A DNA stretch of 57,771 bases, the filler included, from Sphacelaria rigidula (taxonomy: Eukaryota), in assembly GCA_964200075.2 (NCBI GenBank). It is 7 parts of 7 records of this genome, joined end to end, with 100 filler letters (N's around TTAATTAATTAA, not from the genome) between each part and the next. Parts side by side here need not be neighbours in the genome. Positions count along the whole stretch, not along the records: positions 41,338 to 49,504 come from CAXNAA020012056.1; positions 49,605 to 57,771 come from CAXNAA020012057.1; 5 more parts are not named here. One strand, 5' to 3'. The notes beneath the pieces are model-generated. The model saw nothing but the letters and a program-made list of their open reading frames with translations, did not search any database and had not been told where the DNA came from. The translations under genes and the position numbers were made by a program. Shown one piece after another: positions 47,481 through 57,771 of this stretch (positions within the stretch are counted from its first letter, which is position 1; each line of letters starts with the position of its first letter).

Positions 47481-48301
47481 TGATTCTTCTGTGGTATCAG
47501 ACGGCAGCCGAGCGGTATTTCCGGCATTACCTTGTAGGAGAAAGGAACAGAATAGCTCCACGTATAGTTACCCGCGAAACCCAACATATGTGTGTACAGC
47601 AGGACGATTCATGCAACAAACGACGGAATTTGCTGACGAGAATCATGCAGCGACGACACGCCCCGGCAAAGATCGAACGACGAGACAGCTAAGCTTCAGT
47701 TCCGTATGCGCGCATCAAGTATAGCTTAATTTGAGGTTTTCAAGCTTAGATGGGCTCTTTCATCACAAAGTTTATAATTGGCTCAAGATGCTTGAAATGA
47801 GCTTGACATACTTGAAACTCGCATGAGACGTGCGCGACGTTGCGATAAAATTTTATGCGCCTCCTGCAGTCCGCTGCCCGCAAGTGCTTCATGTCGCGTC
47901 ACCAGACAGGCCGACAAGCTTCAATGCTCAACACTTTCATCGTCGTGTTTCGTGTTTCTATTTTGTTGCGGGTCTGACCAGCAAAACGTTCCACTTTATA
48001 CTCTTTAAACATGGTTTTATGTTGTTTTCGGAAAGAGTACAACTTGCTGTCGTTTTTGGACAACAAAAACAGGCTTCCCAGTTGGTATCTCGTGGCGACG
48101 TCTTGTACCTGTCCAGCCATCCTGCGCGTCTATGGAGCGAGTGTTTTCGATTTTGAGGGGGTGCTTGAACTCCCGGCAGGCGAAGGCGTTAGGTGACCTG
48201 ATCGAATCCGCGGTTATGATGAGGTACAATCGAGACCAGTAGTTGGACAATATTTTCAATGTCGACTGACGGTAGATGATGAGGTGGGGGTCAGCGTGTA
48301 C

Positions 48302-48369
48302 CTGTAGCTTGCCAGGCGAGAGGCCAAAGGCTACAATGCCCCGAGTCCAGAGGCTACAAAGCGCTTCTA
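48302..48369 (-). CDS. Probable upstream exon of the same gene
   Basis: atacag|TA GAA GCG...(V)EALCSLWTRGIVAFGLSPGKLQ|gtacac; phase 1/0 fits the 49041 donor. Confidence 0.45.
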
Positions 48370-49040
48370 CTGTATCATGTATTATAAGTGTAGTGACATT
48401 TTTTGTTTCTGTATGATGGTTGGGGTGTATTGGGTGTGCAAGTTATGGCCTTCAACCTTTTCAACCTTAAATGACTGAGGAAAAGTCTCATTTTCAATTT
48501 AGAAAAAACATGAAAAAAAGCGAATGCCCAACTCATCGTCGTCCTCATGCTCAGAGAGCGCCTCGTGAGAGGATACTGCCACAGCGCCGTAACAAGGACG
48601 GGAATGAGGCACATAAAGCGCGCCTGATTTGCGCTAGAAAAGCTTGAAGTAGGGCTTGAGAAAATATTGAACGCTTATAAATAAAAATTGGAAGCATAAT
48701 TTCGAGAAAAAACGCGCATACCGAACTAAAGCCCGAAGACAGCACGCATCCACCCCGGCTGACTGATGGCATATATATTTTCATGCTTTATTATTACAGC
48801 AAAACGCTCCTCTTCTGTCGGATACATTGTCCGAAGGCCCCTTCTCGTATATCTAGTATACATGTATACCTATATGCACTGTAAAGGAAGGAAAGAGTTG
48901 ACATCTCAGCCTCGCGAGCAAACTTCTGTGAAGCCTTGCGCCGCCGCTACCGCGGCTATCAACATAGCCCACCTTGCCTCCATCTCGTCGAGCGAGCTGC
49001 AGCTCATGCTCCTGATTTCCGTTCCATAGCCCCTCCTTAC

Positions 49041-49383
49041 CACCCGCCGCCGCTGCGGTCTTCCCTGGTCGCTCTGGTTCTGGCGTTTGTCCCATCATGC
49101 TGACACCTCGCGTGAGGCCTCCGGAGCCACCGTCGTCTATAGACATCTGGGACGTGAGATTCGTCGCCATGTGAGTGTCGTCCAAGACTGCTGTGCTCGT
49201 CGAGGTACCGTCGCTCTGTCGGCTTAGTCTGTTGGAGGAGAAAGACATGGACGACAAGTGGAGGAAGGGAAGAGGACGAGACGTGGTGGAATGAAACTTG
49301 ATCATGTCATCAATCGCCACCCCTCTATACCCGACGCGTCTGTTCACAACCTCAAGATTGCTTGACATCGTCATTACCCATCC
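49041..49383 (-). CDS. Probable upstream coding segment of the same gene (may contain a short unrecognised intron)
   Basis: ggacag|GWVMTMSSNLEVVNRR...QTPEPERPGKTAAAAG G|gtaagg; open frame with coding-like composition. Confidence 0.5.
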
Positions 49384-50834
49384 CTGTCCGGGTGATGATC
49401 ACTTTTCCGGTGATGAAAGGAGACCTCTTGCCCCCCGGTTGGACACCCATGAGGCAGTGTGAAACCCGTGGCTGTCTCTGGAAGTGGCGATACCACAAAA
49501 TAAANNNNNNNNNNNNNNNNNNNNNNNNNNNNNNNNNNNNNNNNNNNNTTAATTAATTAANNNNNNNNNNNNNNNNNNNNNNNNNNNNNNNNNNNNNNNN
49601 NNNNCGCTATGCAAAATGCTATTACAGGTACTAGGGTTTGCAAATGCTGCACAGGGGTTTTCACAAAGACTGTGGAGAACCCTGTGCAGCTCGTCCTACA
49701 GGGTGCTATTTGTCCACATGTGCTGTATCCACACCAAATTTTCGAAATATGGCCCCATTCCTTCGCCTACAGATAGCTATTGACAACCGCTACACGCCAT
49801 ACAAAATCGGATCTCGATAACCGAATACTTGAAGTCCTAGGTGAAAAGTCAAGTTGGGGAAATTCGGGGTGTCCGAACGGACGCCAAAATGGTTCCGAAA
49901 TTAGTTTTTCACCTAGGACCCCATCACTTTGGTGATCGAAATCCAAAATTCTATGGCGTGTAGCAGTTGTCGAAAGCCATCAGTAGGTAAGGAAATGGAA
50001 CTATATTTCGAAGATTTGGTGTGGATACGAAGATTTTAATTCTCCGGGGTTCTCATCCCCAATAAAAGATCCATCCCCAATTTGTAAGATCCCGTGTTCC
50101 ACGCACCTTGTGCGTGATAGCTACCATGCTGGAAGGCGCTGGTCCGTACTACCTGCTGATGAGTCTATGGTCCCCTACTAGGCTTAGTTCTGGGAAATAT
50201 AGCTGTGGACATCTCTCTGTGCGAGCTGTGCACATGGGGGGTGTCTCGCACGCGTGGCTACTGCTGGTGATGGGAATAAAGTCAGCGTCCAGTACAGGGG
50301 AAAACAAGTGGTATGTACTCGTACTGTAAATGCTGTGGGGGTAACAACACCGAAACAGATGAGAGTCAATTTCATATAGGGGGAGGCAATAACGCGACAA
50401 GTGCATGCGTATTGCCGCACGTAGAAACGCGGACCGCCTCCCGTACGAGAAGCAGCAGCAGCAGCAGTATCAACAGCATATTAAGTGCCGGCAAATGTAC
50501 GCAGCTGGGGTTGGGTCTGAATCAGCCGGTGCCAATGCTGCTGCTGCTGCTGCTGCTCTTCATCGTAGACGGCCCACCGGGCGTGGCCCTTAATCTGCAA
50601 CAGGTCCGCGTTTCGGCCGTGAGACAACACCCACACACCTCGCGAGTAATAGCTACCGTGCTGGACAGCGCTGGTTCGTACTACCTGCCGACGGGTCCAT
50701 GCTTGCTTACTCCGCGAAGTTCCAGGAGACATATAGCTGTGCGCATCTACTCTGTACTGCTATATATACTGAAGGACTTCTGCATTTTGACAATGGGAAT
50801 CAAGGAATGTGGGACGGGTCACGTTTCGGGCAGC

Positions 50835-50990
50835 TTCTTGAAAAGTTCTGGTTGGTTCTTGAAAAGTTCTACTTGTTTTTTGAGAAGTTATGATTGTTTT
50901 TTCAAAAGTTATGATTGTTTTTCGAGAAGTTATGATTGGTTCTTGAAAAGTTCTGGTTGGTTCTTGAAAAGTTCAGATTGGTTCTGAAAA
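50835..50990. repeat. 21-bp minisatellite (TTCTTGAAAAGTTCTGGTTGG-like, ~7 units) inside an interspersed element also seen at ~34236-34368
   Basis: Visible 21-nt period. Flanks gggtca(c/t)gttt(c/t)g(g/a)gcag and tgtcac(g/a)gaa..ct.atgcc.aatct.gaat.gcc are shared with 34236-34368. Confidence 0.82.
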
Positions 50991-52967
50991 CATATTCTGA
51001 AAAAATCGGAACACTTTTCTGTCACGGAATTCTCATGCCAAATCTTGAATGGCCTGAGGCAACAACAAATTTGAGAATTGCAATTCAAGACCTATCGTAT
51101 TGTCCAAGGCGTGAAAAGTATACCGCACGCGCTTGATTAAACGTCCAGCTAGAACGCTCAGCGGCGATACAAAGTTTCCCATACACAAATAACTACCCAA
51201 ACAGCAATGAGAAAACGCATATCATGCTTAACAAGCCATCATTTGTTGTACTTCTACAGCCAGCCTATGCCGCACAAGGTCAAGAGCAGTGAGCATAGAT
51301 TGGTGTACTGAAGAATGCCGCATTAAGGGCAGGGAACGGGGTGACGGGGGATATTGCAATAATTAAAACGTTAACAGTTACACCTCAGGAACGAAAAATA
51401 ACCGCGAATCTACCGAACACTTCGGGGTGTTTACACACCGCTGGGCTACTCTCACCACGAAACGACACACACCAACAGCCGTTTCTCATCATCAATAGAG
51501 GGTTAATCTCTTGAACGGTCGTGGAAACCCACCAACTCCAAGTGAAGCAGCAAGGCAACAGAAAGGAGGGGGTCTGTGTCCACGGCAGGTGCGGGCAAAA
51601 CAACGAAACAATCACCATGCATTATGCTATTGCTTGCTCTAGGTCGCCCCAGTCGTCGAGAAATACCCCTTACCAATCAGTGTACCATGGCCTCCAATCC
51701 CACACGAACTGCTGACTGGCGCACCTTGGCGACTAACTTCAAGATAAACGCACGTTCAGCACGGCACTAACAGCCTTTAAGTGTAACAACTAAACACGAC
51801 ACACACGAAAAGGAGGAAATGAATCGAATAAAACACATGAACAAAACTGCACTACCCATGCACACAACCACGGACATCAAAGGCGAAAAACGAGTTGTAA
51901 ACAGTGAAGGGAACAGAAAATCATCATTTCTGTACTATACGATAAATGCGGCTAAACGCACCAATTTCATAAAACCATTGTTCACACGCCACTTCAACTA
52001 TTGAAGATCGCTGGAATACGGAGGATACATTCCCACGGTCCCTGGGGTCGCCCCCGCTTCAACACCAAATTCCCGAGAGATCACCCAATTCATCTTCAGC
52101 CACATCGTCGGGACGGTTTATCGTCTTCCGATCCTGCACACAATCCCCTTTCTCCGGAGTCGACCTCCGATATTAACCAACGCGTAAGCTCTGTAATTGT
52201 TCAACTTACAATAAAAGCTATATAGTTGCACAAAATGGTTGTCGAAAATGAGCTCAACATTCAGCCGAGCATTCAGCGTCTTCAGCATGTTTCACTTTGT
52301 CCTGTCCGGCCCAAGAGGCGGGCTGTAGTCGATACCACATCCTCCCATGGTGTTCGGGTAGACAACGCATGGTGAGGGCGTAGCGCCGGTTGCCGGCAGT
52401 GCTGCCGCTCCCATAATCGTATCTAAAACCGTCAGCAGCAGTAGTGGCAACAAGCACCAACAGAAGCTAAGGTGACGGACGAAAGTCGGTAGAGCGTTCC
52501 GCGAAAACGTTATGGGCAATCAGAAGTAGATGGAAGCAACACAAGACAGTATTCGCGACCATCAACAATCAATGAGCACAGGTTATTGATTAGAGCGTAA
52601 AAGTGCTATCAGAACGTAGGGATCAAAATAAGTAAGAACAGAGCTTCCATGAGAAGATGGAACCAGCCTGGCAACAACGACGACGGCAAAGACAGGCAGT
52701 GACCGACGCAATAAAGATGTGATGCAAGAATGATATCAGCTGAAAACACTCGGCAACAACAATGCGTGAGGGAAAAACTCACACAAATCGAGCAGTAAAC
52801 ATCGACAACGGTGAAAAGAAAAGGCAGTGTCATCACCTATGCACGCTTTCCGCGCAGTTTGAAAACATGAGTCTACAGAAGACAAATAAGTGAAGGCAGT
52901 TCCGAAGATGCGCCTTGAATGTACGCATGTAATAGCGTGCATTGCGGGTATCCGGGGAACGTTTCAC

Positions 52968-53139
52968 CTTGCAGGAGGCGAGGGATGGCCAGAGCGGATC
53001 TTCGGTAGGATTGTATGCGGTATTGACGAAATGTTCCTGGTTGGATAGCACCACCGTCCACACGCTTACAGTCCTCTGCTTGAGTTTGAGGTGCTTCCGT
53101 CGCCGCTCCGTGTCGCACAGAAACGTGCCGAACATCCCG
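52968..53139 (-). CDS. Myotubularin, exon
   Basis: ctccag|C GGG completes S-GMFGTFLCDTERRRKHLKLKQRTVSVW...FVNTAYNP (cf. SCLFGTFLCNSExER...TVSLW...FxNPxY). Donor AAG|gtgaaa. Confidence 0.9.
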
Positions 53140-53420
53140 CTGGAGAGGAAAGCCATGGATGTTCAGGGTGAAATATCAAAGTTCGCAGTCGTAGCAACCA
53201 CTCATTGAGCATATCAAGCTGTGATGAGGATGGTGGCTAGCAGCGATCCCGAGGTCAACGAGTTGAGCGAGACGAGCAACCTCGACGATCGAACCGACAC
53301 GTTGTCAGGCAGTTTTGCCAACATTGTGTTCCGCATTTTCACGAAGCGATCCGAGAGCACTTCATACGAAGTATACTTGGGGACAATAATAAATCAACGT
53401 CCGTCAGTTGCAGCGACTAC

Positions 53421-53683
53421 CTGAACGTATGTTCGGCGACGAAGGCGAGCAAATCCTCAGTGAACTCGAACGCCGCTGGAAACTGAGCCATGACGTTGTG
53501 CACCACGTCCAGGAACTGCAAAAACACAGGACTGAACTCGTCGTACTGTTTCACGTTTCCCTTGGTGTTTCTGCTGCCACTGTTACCCAAAGGCGACGTG
53601 ACTGACGGCCCGTACGGGTTAGCACCGGCGGCGTTAACGTCGTGATTGCTGTCGTGCGTTCCACCCATGCATCGTGCCCAGAA
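53421..53683 (-). CDS. Myotubularin, exon
   Basis: FWARCMG...EFSPVFLQFLDVVHNVMAQFPAAFEFTEDLLAFVAEHTF matches SPVFLQFxDCVWQxxxQFPxAFEF; phase 0/2. Confidence 0.9.
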
Positions 53684-55060
53684 CTGGAAAACGCGCAGAC
53701 GCGAGAAGAGTAAACATATCCCAAGGGGGAGGGCACGGGGGGGTGGGCGCAAACCATTCGTGTTAAACCTCAGCTGTTGATGCTGCCTTCTTTCAATTGT
53801 TATATATATATGGATATTCACGTATGAGCATACTGCAAAATGTTGACGCTCCAATCGTAAAGTAGCGTAAGCTAACCCCTCAGAATGGTTGCTTCGGTCG
53901 ATCTTCCAAATGTTGTGGAGAATGACGGCTGTATGCAATACGATCCGTACTCAAGGGCTCCAATCCGGACGTGGGAAGTCCGGATATCCGACCCGTGTGC
54001 TTGCTTCAATCAGCACATCATCCGTGCCACAATGTTGGATTAATATTGCATATTTCCGTCAATAGCTCTGATATATCGTCGTGAGGCCGACCGATTCGCA
54101 GATTGAATATTTCCGCCGCCTTTCGAGGCCACCCCGCTGGTACACACCATTCCAGGATCTAGTAGTAGTGAGTGTAGTTCGCCATGCAGTACGCCGTGCA
54201 GTACACTAATCACGCTTGTTCTTTGCGTCATGCATACACTAATCACGCTTGTACTATCGCTACTGTTGTATATCTTACCCGACGAGTTCATGTCACCTTC
54301 GTTTAATCCCCACATTTCCCCTTCAACACGTCCCGTTCCCCCCTGTAGTTAACATCCAACCACTATCTGAGTTCTACTCGCTATTGCTTTGTGACGGGAG
54401 CAATTATGTGCCACTACTTCCTCGTCCACCCGTCTACTGATAAACCTCTCCTTTCTGGTAAGTTCAGGTGAACCACGGGGTGGGGGGGGAGGGGGACGCT
54501 AACGAAAAGTTCACCAGCCAAGATATCTCGAAGCCTGTCTCTTTTTGCGAGCAATCTATCCCGTGGTTCATGCTGGCGTCGGTATTGCTCCAACCACGCG
54601 GCTGCACATGTCACGCATCGTGAGAACGACAAAATCATATGTCTCGTACCATGGAACGCGCTGAAGTGAAGCTTAGGGCAAGAACACAAGAGCGAACGTG
54701 AGTCACAGAGATTGAGAGATTTGAACGGCCGCCTGAAAACAGTGATACTGAGCGGCTTGCTCGCGATGCAATGCTGCACGGGCCAGGTGCCAAGCTCTGT
54801 GGTACCCCTTGATATTTTGTTCTAGTACCGGGGCACAAAGCTGCCGGAGTCCACTTGGGCCGGCGAACGAAATAAAGGATAAAAAGCACTAAAAAAAGGC
54901 CCTTGTCGCGAAGCAACGCCATCCTTAGGGGGTGTACTCGTGGTCTTACATGCGATAGTCGTTAGGGAAGAGGACAACCTACTCCGAAATAAGAGAAATG
55001 TGAATGAATGGAAGCAGGAAACACAAAAACGCACCACTACGGTGTGTGAAACCTTCTCAC

Positions 55061-55234
55061 CCGGTGTCCGAAACTCAGCCACTCCTTCTCTATAAGAACG
55101 CAGAAGCCTTTCAGCGTGCGGTAAAACGGGTCCAATAAAAGCTGTGACGTTGCGCAGATCTGGGGCGTGCGGTCCCATCCATCGCTGCAGTGAACCAAAA
55201 CCGAACACCCTGTCAGCCGCAACAGGCGGGCAGC
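55061..55234 (-). CDS. Myotubularin, catalytic exon
   Basis: [58 protein letters not shown] contains the intact [10 protein letters not shown] signature. Splice sites ctccag| and |gtgaga. Confidence 0.95.
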
Positions 55235-55950
55235 CTGGAGGCAGAACACAACATGCACACAATACAGTAACCAACGGATTATGATATTTGCAAATTGGAC
55301 TCGGGATAAAAATTGAACGGTGGTGCTGGAATCTAAAGTGCGTGTTCCGATCGTCGTCATCGAGTTACCCCAGTGAATACTCCCAGAAAGACATGCGGCG
55401 TTCATCGAAAATGTGCGAAAGTAGTCAGGATTAATACGGAGTATTTCGGGGGTACCTGGGGTGCCGACTGCCGAAAACATCGGATACTCCGTAGTATCTG
55501 GAGGGTCGGTCGAATAAACACTGAATACTTCCGAAATACTGGGCCGTACCTACCCTACCCTACCCCATTCTGGGCACTTCCGCAAGCGCGCATCCCGTTG
55601 GATTATTGACAGGCATGGCACTTTTGACGAGTGATAGACCGACCACAGCACGAGTGTTCTACTATCAAGTCAGACTAGACATAGGACCAATCAAGTGACG
55701 TCACATAAAATATGCCTAAGGTGTGACAGACTGCAAACAACGAAAGACCGCTTCAAAACGGGGCAGACCTCGTGAGTGTCGTCACGTACGTCGCTGGCGT
55801 CATTTTCAACCATCAGATAACGCACATGACATGGCACAGCATCACTTGGTTTATTTTCTCCTAAACAGGAAGCCATAAATACGTGGTGGCAAGAAAAACA
55901 CAGCACAGTACAGCGCATGCGGACGTCATCACACGTTCGGGTTTCTTCAC

Positions 55951-56076
55951 CAGCACACTGGACGCCATAATTTGGCGAATCAGCTTCGGCCACAGCGTGT
56001 ACACTCCACCCTCCGCTAGCTCGTCCCCTAATGCTTGCGTTAGATCCAATGTCTTCGTCAACCCTAGACCCCGGGA
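55951..56076 (-). CDS. Myotubularin, exon
   Basis: ggcag|SRGLGLTKTLDLTQALGDELAEGGVYTLWPKLIRQIMASSVL|gtgaag; phase 0/0. Corresponds to the WLxHIxxIL helix preceding the active site. Confidence 0.72.
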
Positions 56077-56836
56077 CTGCCATATTTATGTAGCAGAGGG
56101 AGTGAAGGACAAAGAGTGTAGCGGACGACAAATTGCCAGGGACCAAAGGTGTACGTAGCGTTAGAGACTGGTATATTGGGTACAACGCGATGAGCGCGGA
56201 AGGGGCTTCCGTCATGAGCATCATTGGTTCAACGTACATAATACCATCACTCGAAGGAGGAACGGGAAGCACACAAGTGTATCGAACGGAAGAATATCAT
56301 GGATGAAATGGTCTGACTTCTAGCCGTTTGTACAACGGATATGATATCACCGTGGCGGCTACCAAATTTCCGAGAAATTCAAGAAAGATGCACACATTAC
56401 AATTTCCTCATGACTTCCGCTACGTACATCTACACATAGATGTGACAATGCTCGCAAGATTTCAACAGGGGTGTGCGTTATAATTTGAACAACCCACCAT
56501 ATATTTCGATGTTTGACGGCTCAGCACATTTGCTCCGGCACTAAATCAAGCCACCTTGTGTCAGGTATCACGGTAGTCCCGTGATCACTCTCACATCAAC
56601 ATCAATACAACGCGCGCAGCAGCAATGCCCAGACACACGACAGAGGAGCCATGCCATCTGCTTGGATACAGGTGAAAGCAGCAACAACTGCATACCTTAC
56701 TGGGTGAGCCAGATTCTTCGCAAACCCAGACAAACAGCCCTTGCAGTGTTACCTCGAGGTTCTATTTTTCTGGCTGTTTCAGATGGCCGCTGAATGACGG
56801 TGTTGTTATTATAGTACTTTTCTCAAGGATGCTCAC

Positions 56837-56978
56837 CATCATGTCCACCATGAACGATTCGTCCTTCTTTTCAGACAGCCTCAACGGGTCCAAGGCGTTC
56901 CTCAGTTCCTCGAACGCGTCGTTGACGGCGTGAATGTTTCCAATCCCAGAAAACACCACCTGCGTCGACGTCCCGTTG
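56837..56978 (-). CDS. Myotubularin-family phosphoinositide 3-phosphatase, exon
   Basis: NGTSTQVVFSGIGNIHAVNDAFEELRNAL matches the MTM motif FxxIxNIHxMRxSxxxL. Splice sites ttacag| and ATG|gtgagc. Confidence 0.82.
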
Positions 56979-57771
56979 CTGTAACCGTATGAAAGAAAAG
57001 AACATGACAAATGTCATACCGGCCTTAGTTTGCATTTTTATGGATCATCTTCCAGAGCGGCCTGTACTGTTGTGTCGACTGACGCGGCATGATGGAGCTC
57101 TGTGGCTTCTCCGGTTTCCCAGGAGCGCTGTACATGTCCGCCACAAAAGTATACAGATATGATATTGCATGTTCCATCTGAAGTGTGGGAAACGCCCAAC
57201 ACTCATATCGCGGAATTGATACGCCACGCGTGTATGTACTTCTGTCCATCCCATCACGCGATTGCTATGCCGAGCCAATGCATTTCACCGACGAAGTAAG
57301 AAGGTGTTTGCGCAGCCGCAACCGAAGTGCGAAGTTCAACCCACAGACAAGAGCGTCATCTACAAAAAGTGGCAATGACAACGATAGCGAAAAAAAGCGT
57401 CGAGGGCGGAAGGAGGGTAGGTGAACAACGCATACCATGAAACTGCCGCCGAAGTTTACGACCATTAAAAAAAAAAGCTACGTACAAACGAGTGTCGAAC
57501 AGGAGGCACAACGAGTGCAAAGATCACGGTAAGGCAATGATGAAAGCGATGGCAACGGGAACGCAAGCGATGCAACCGTAAAGTTTGAGTCCACGGTCTA
57601 CATACCCTCATCAGACGATGTCATGCAGGGACCATGATGGAAAGGCGGAACAGGCACACGCAACCCCCTCACCCTCCTCCCGCCTCCCCCCCCCCCTCTG
57701 AATCGTTTGATGCATTAGACAGTAGGGAGAAAACGATGGCTATACTAGGGGATAGACGGTGGCCAGAGACA

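Noticed and set aside
50313-50987. 224-aa ORF with FLKSSGW repeats
   Set aside because: It is a translation of a minisatellite and triplet repeats, with no coding evidence.

Overview
Eukaryotic genomic DNA, most likely a brown alga or related stramenopile. That assignment is inferred from GC-rich Ser/Gly-rich exons, long repeat-filled GT-AG introns and TTAGGG-like motifs; it is not proven. The window is not one locus. It is seven unrelated contigs of 8167-8168 bp (1-8168, 8269-16436, 16537-24703, 24804-32970, 33071-41237, 41338-49504, 49605-57771) joined by artificial 100-bp N/TTAATTAATTAA/N linkers, so adjacency across linkers means nothing. Contents by contig: (1) the 5' part of a PERK-architecture eIF2-alpha kinase (signal peptide, IRE1/PERK-type luminal domain, TM helix, kinase split by a ~630-aa insert); (2) a ~5-kb satellite of ~268/240-bp monomers with a 5-mer higher-order repeat, followed by two MITEs, one carrying telomere-like repeats; (3) the last two exons of malonyl-CoA decarboxylase; (4) an intronless Ulp1/C48-like protease with a His-Glu-Cys triad; (5) exons of a ZIFL-like MFS transporter; (6) the 3' exons of an unknown helical protein whose pattern recalls HBL/Nhe (ClyA-family) pore-forming toxins; (7) five exons of a myotubularin with an intact catalytic motif. 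Introns and intergenic DNA hold PIF/Harbinger-type foldback MITEs, tRNA-derived SINEs and a ~70-bp poly(C)-tailed repeat. No prokaryotic operons, CRISPR arrays or rRNA genes were seen.
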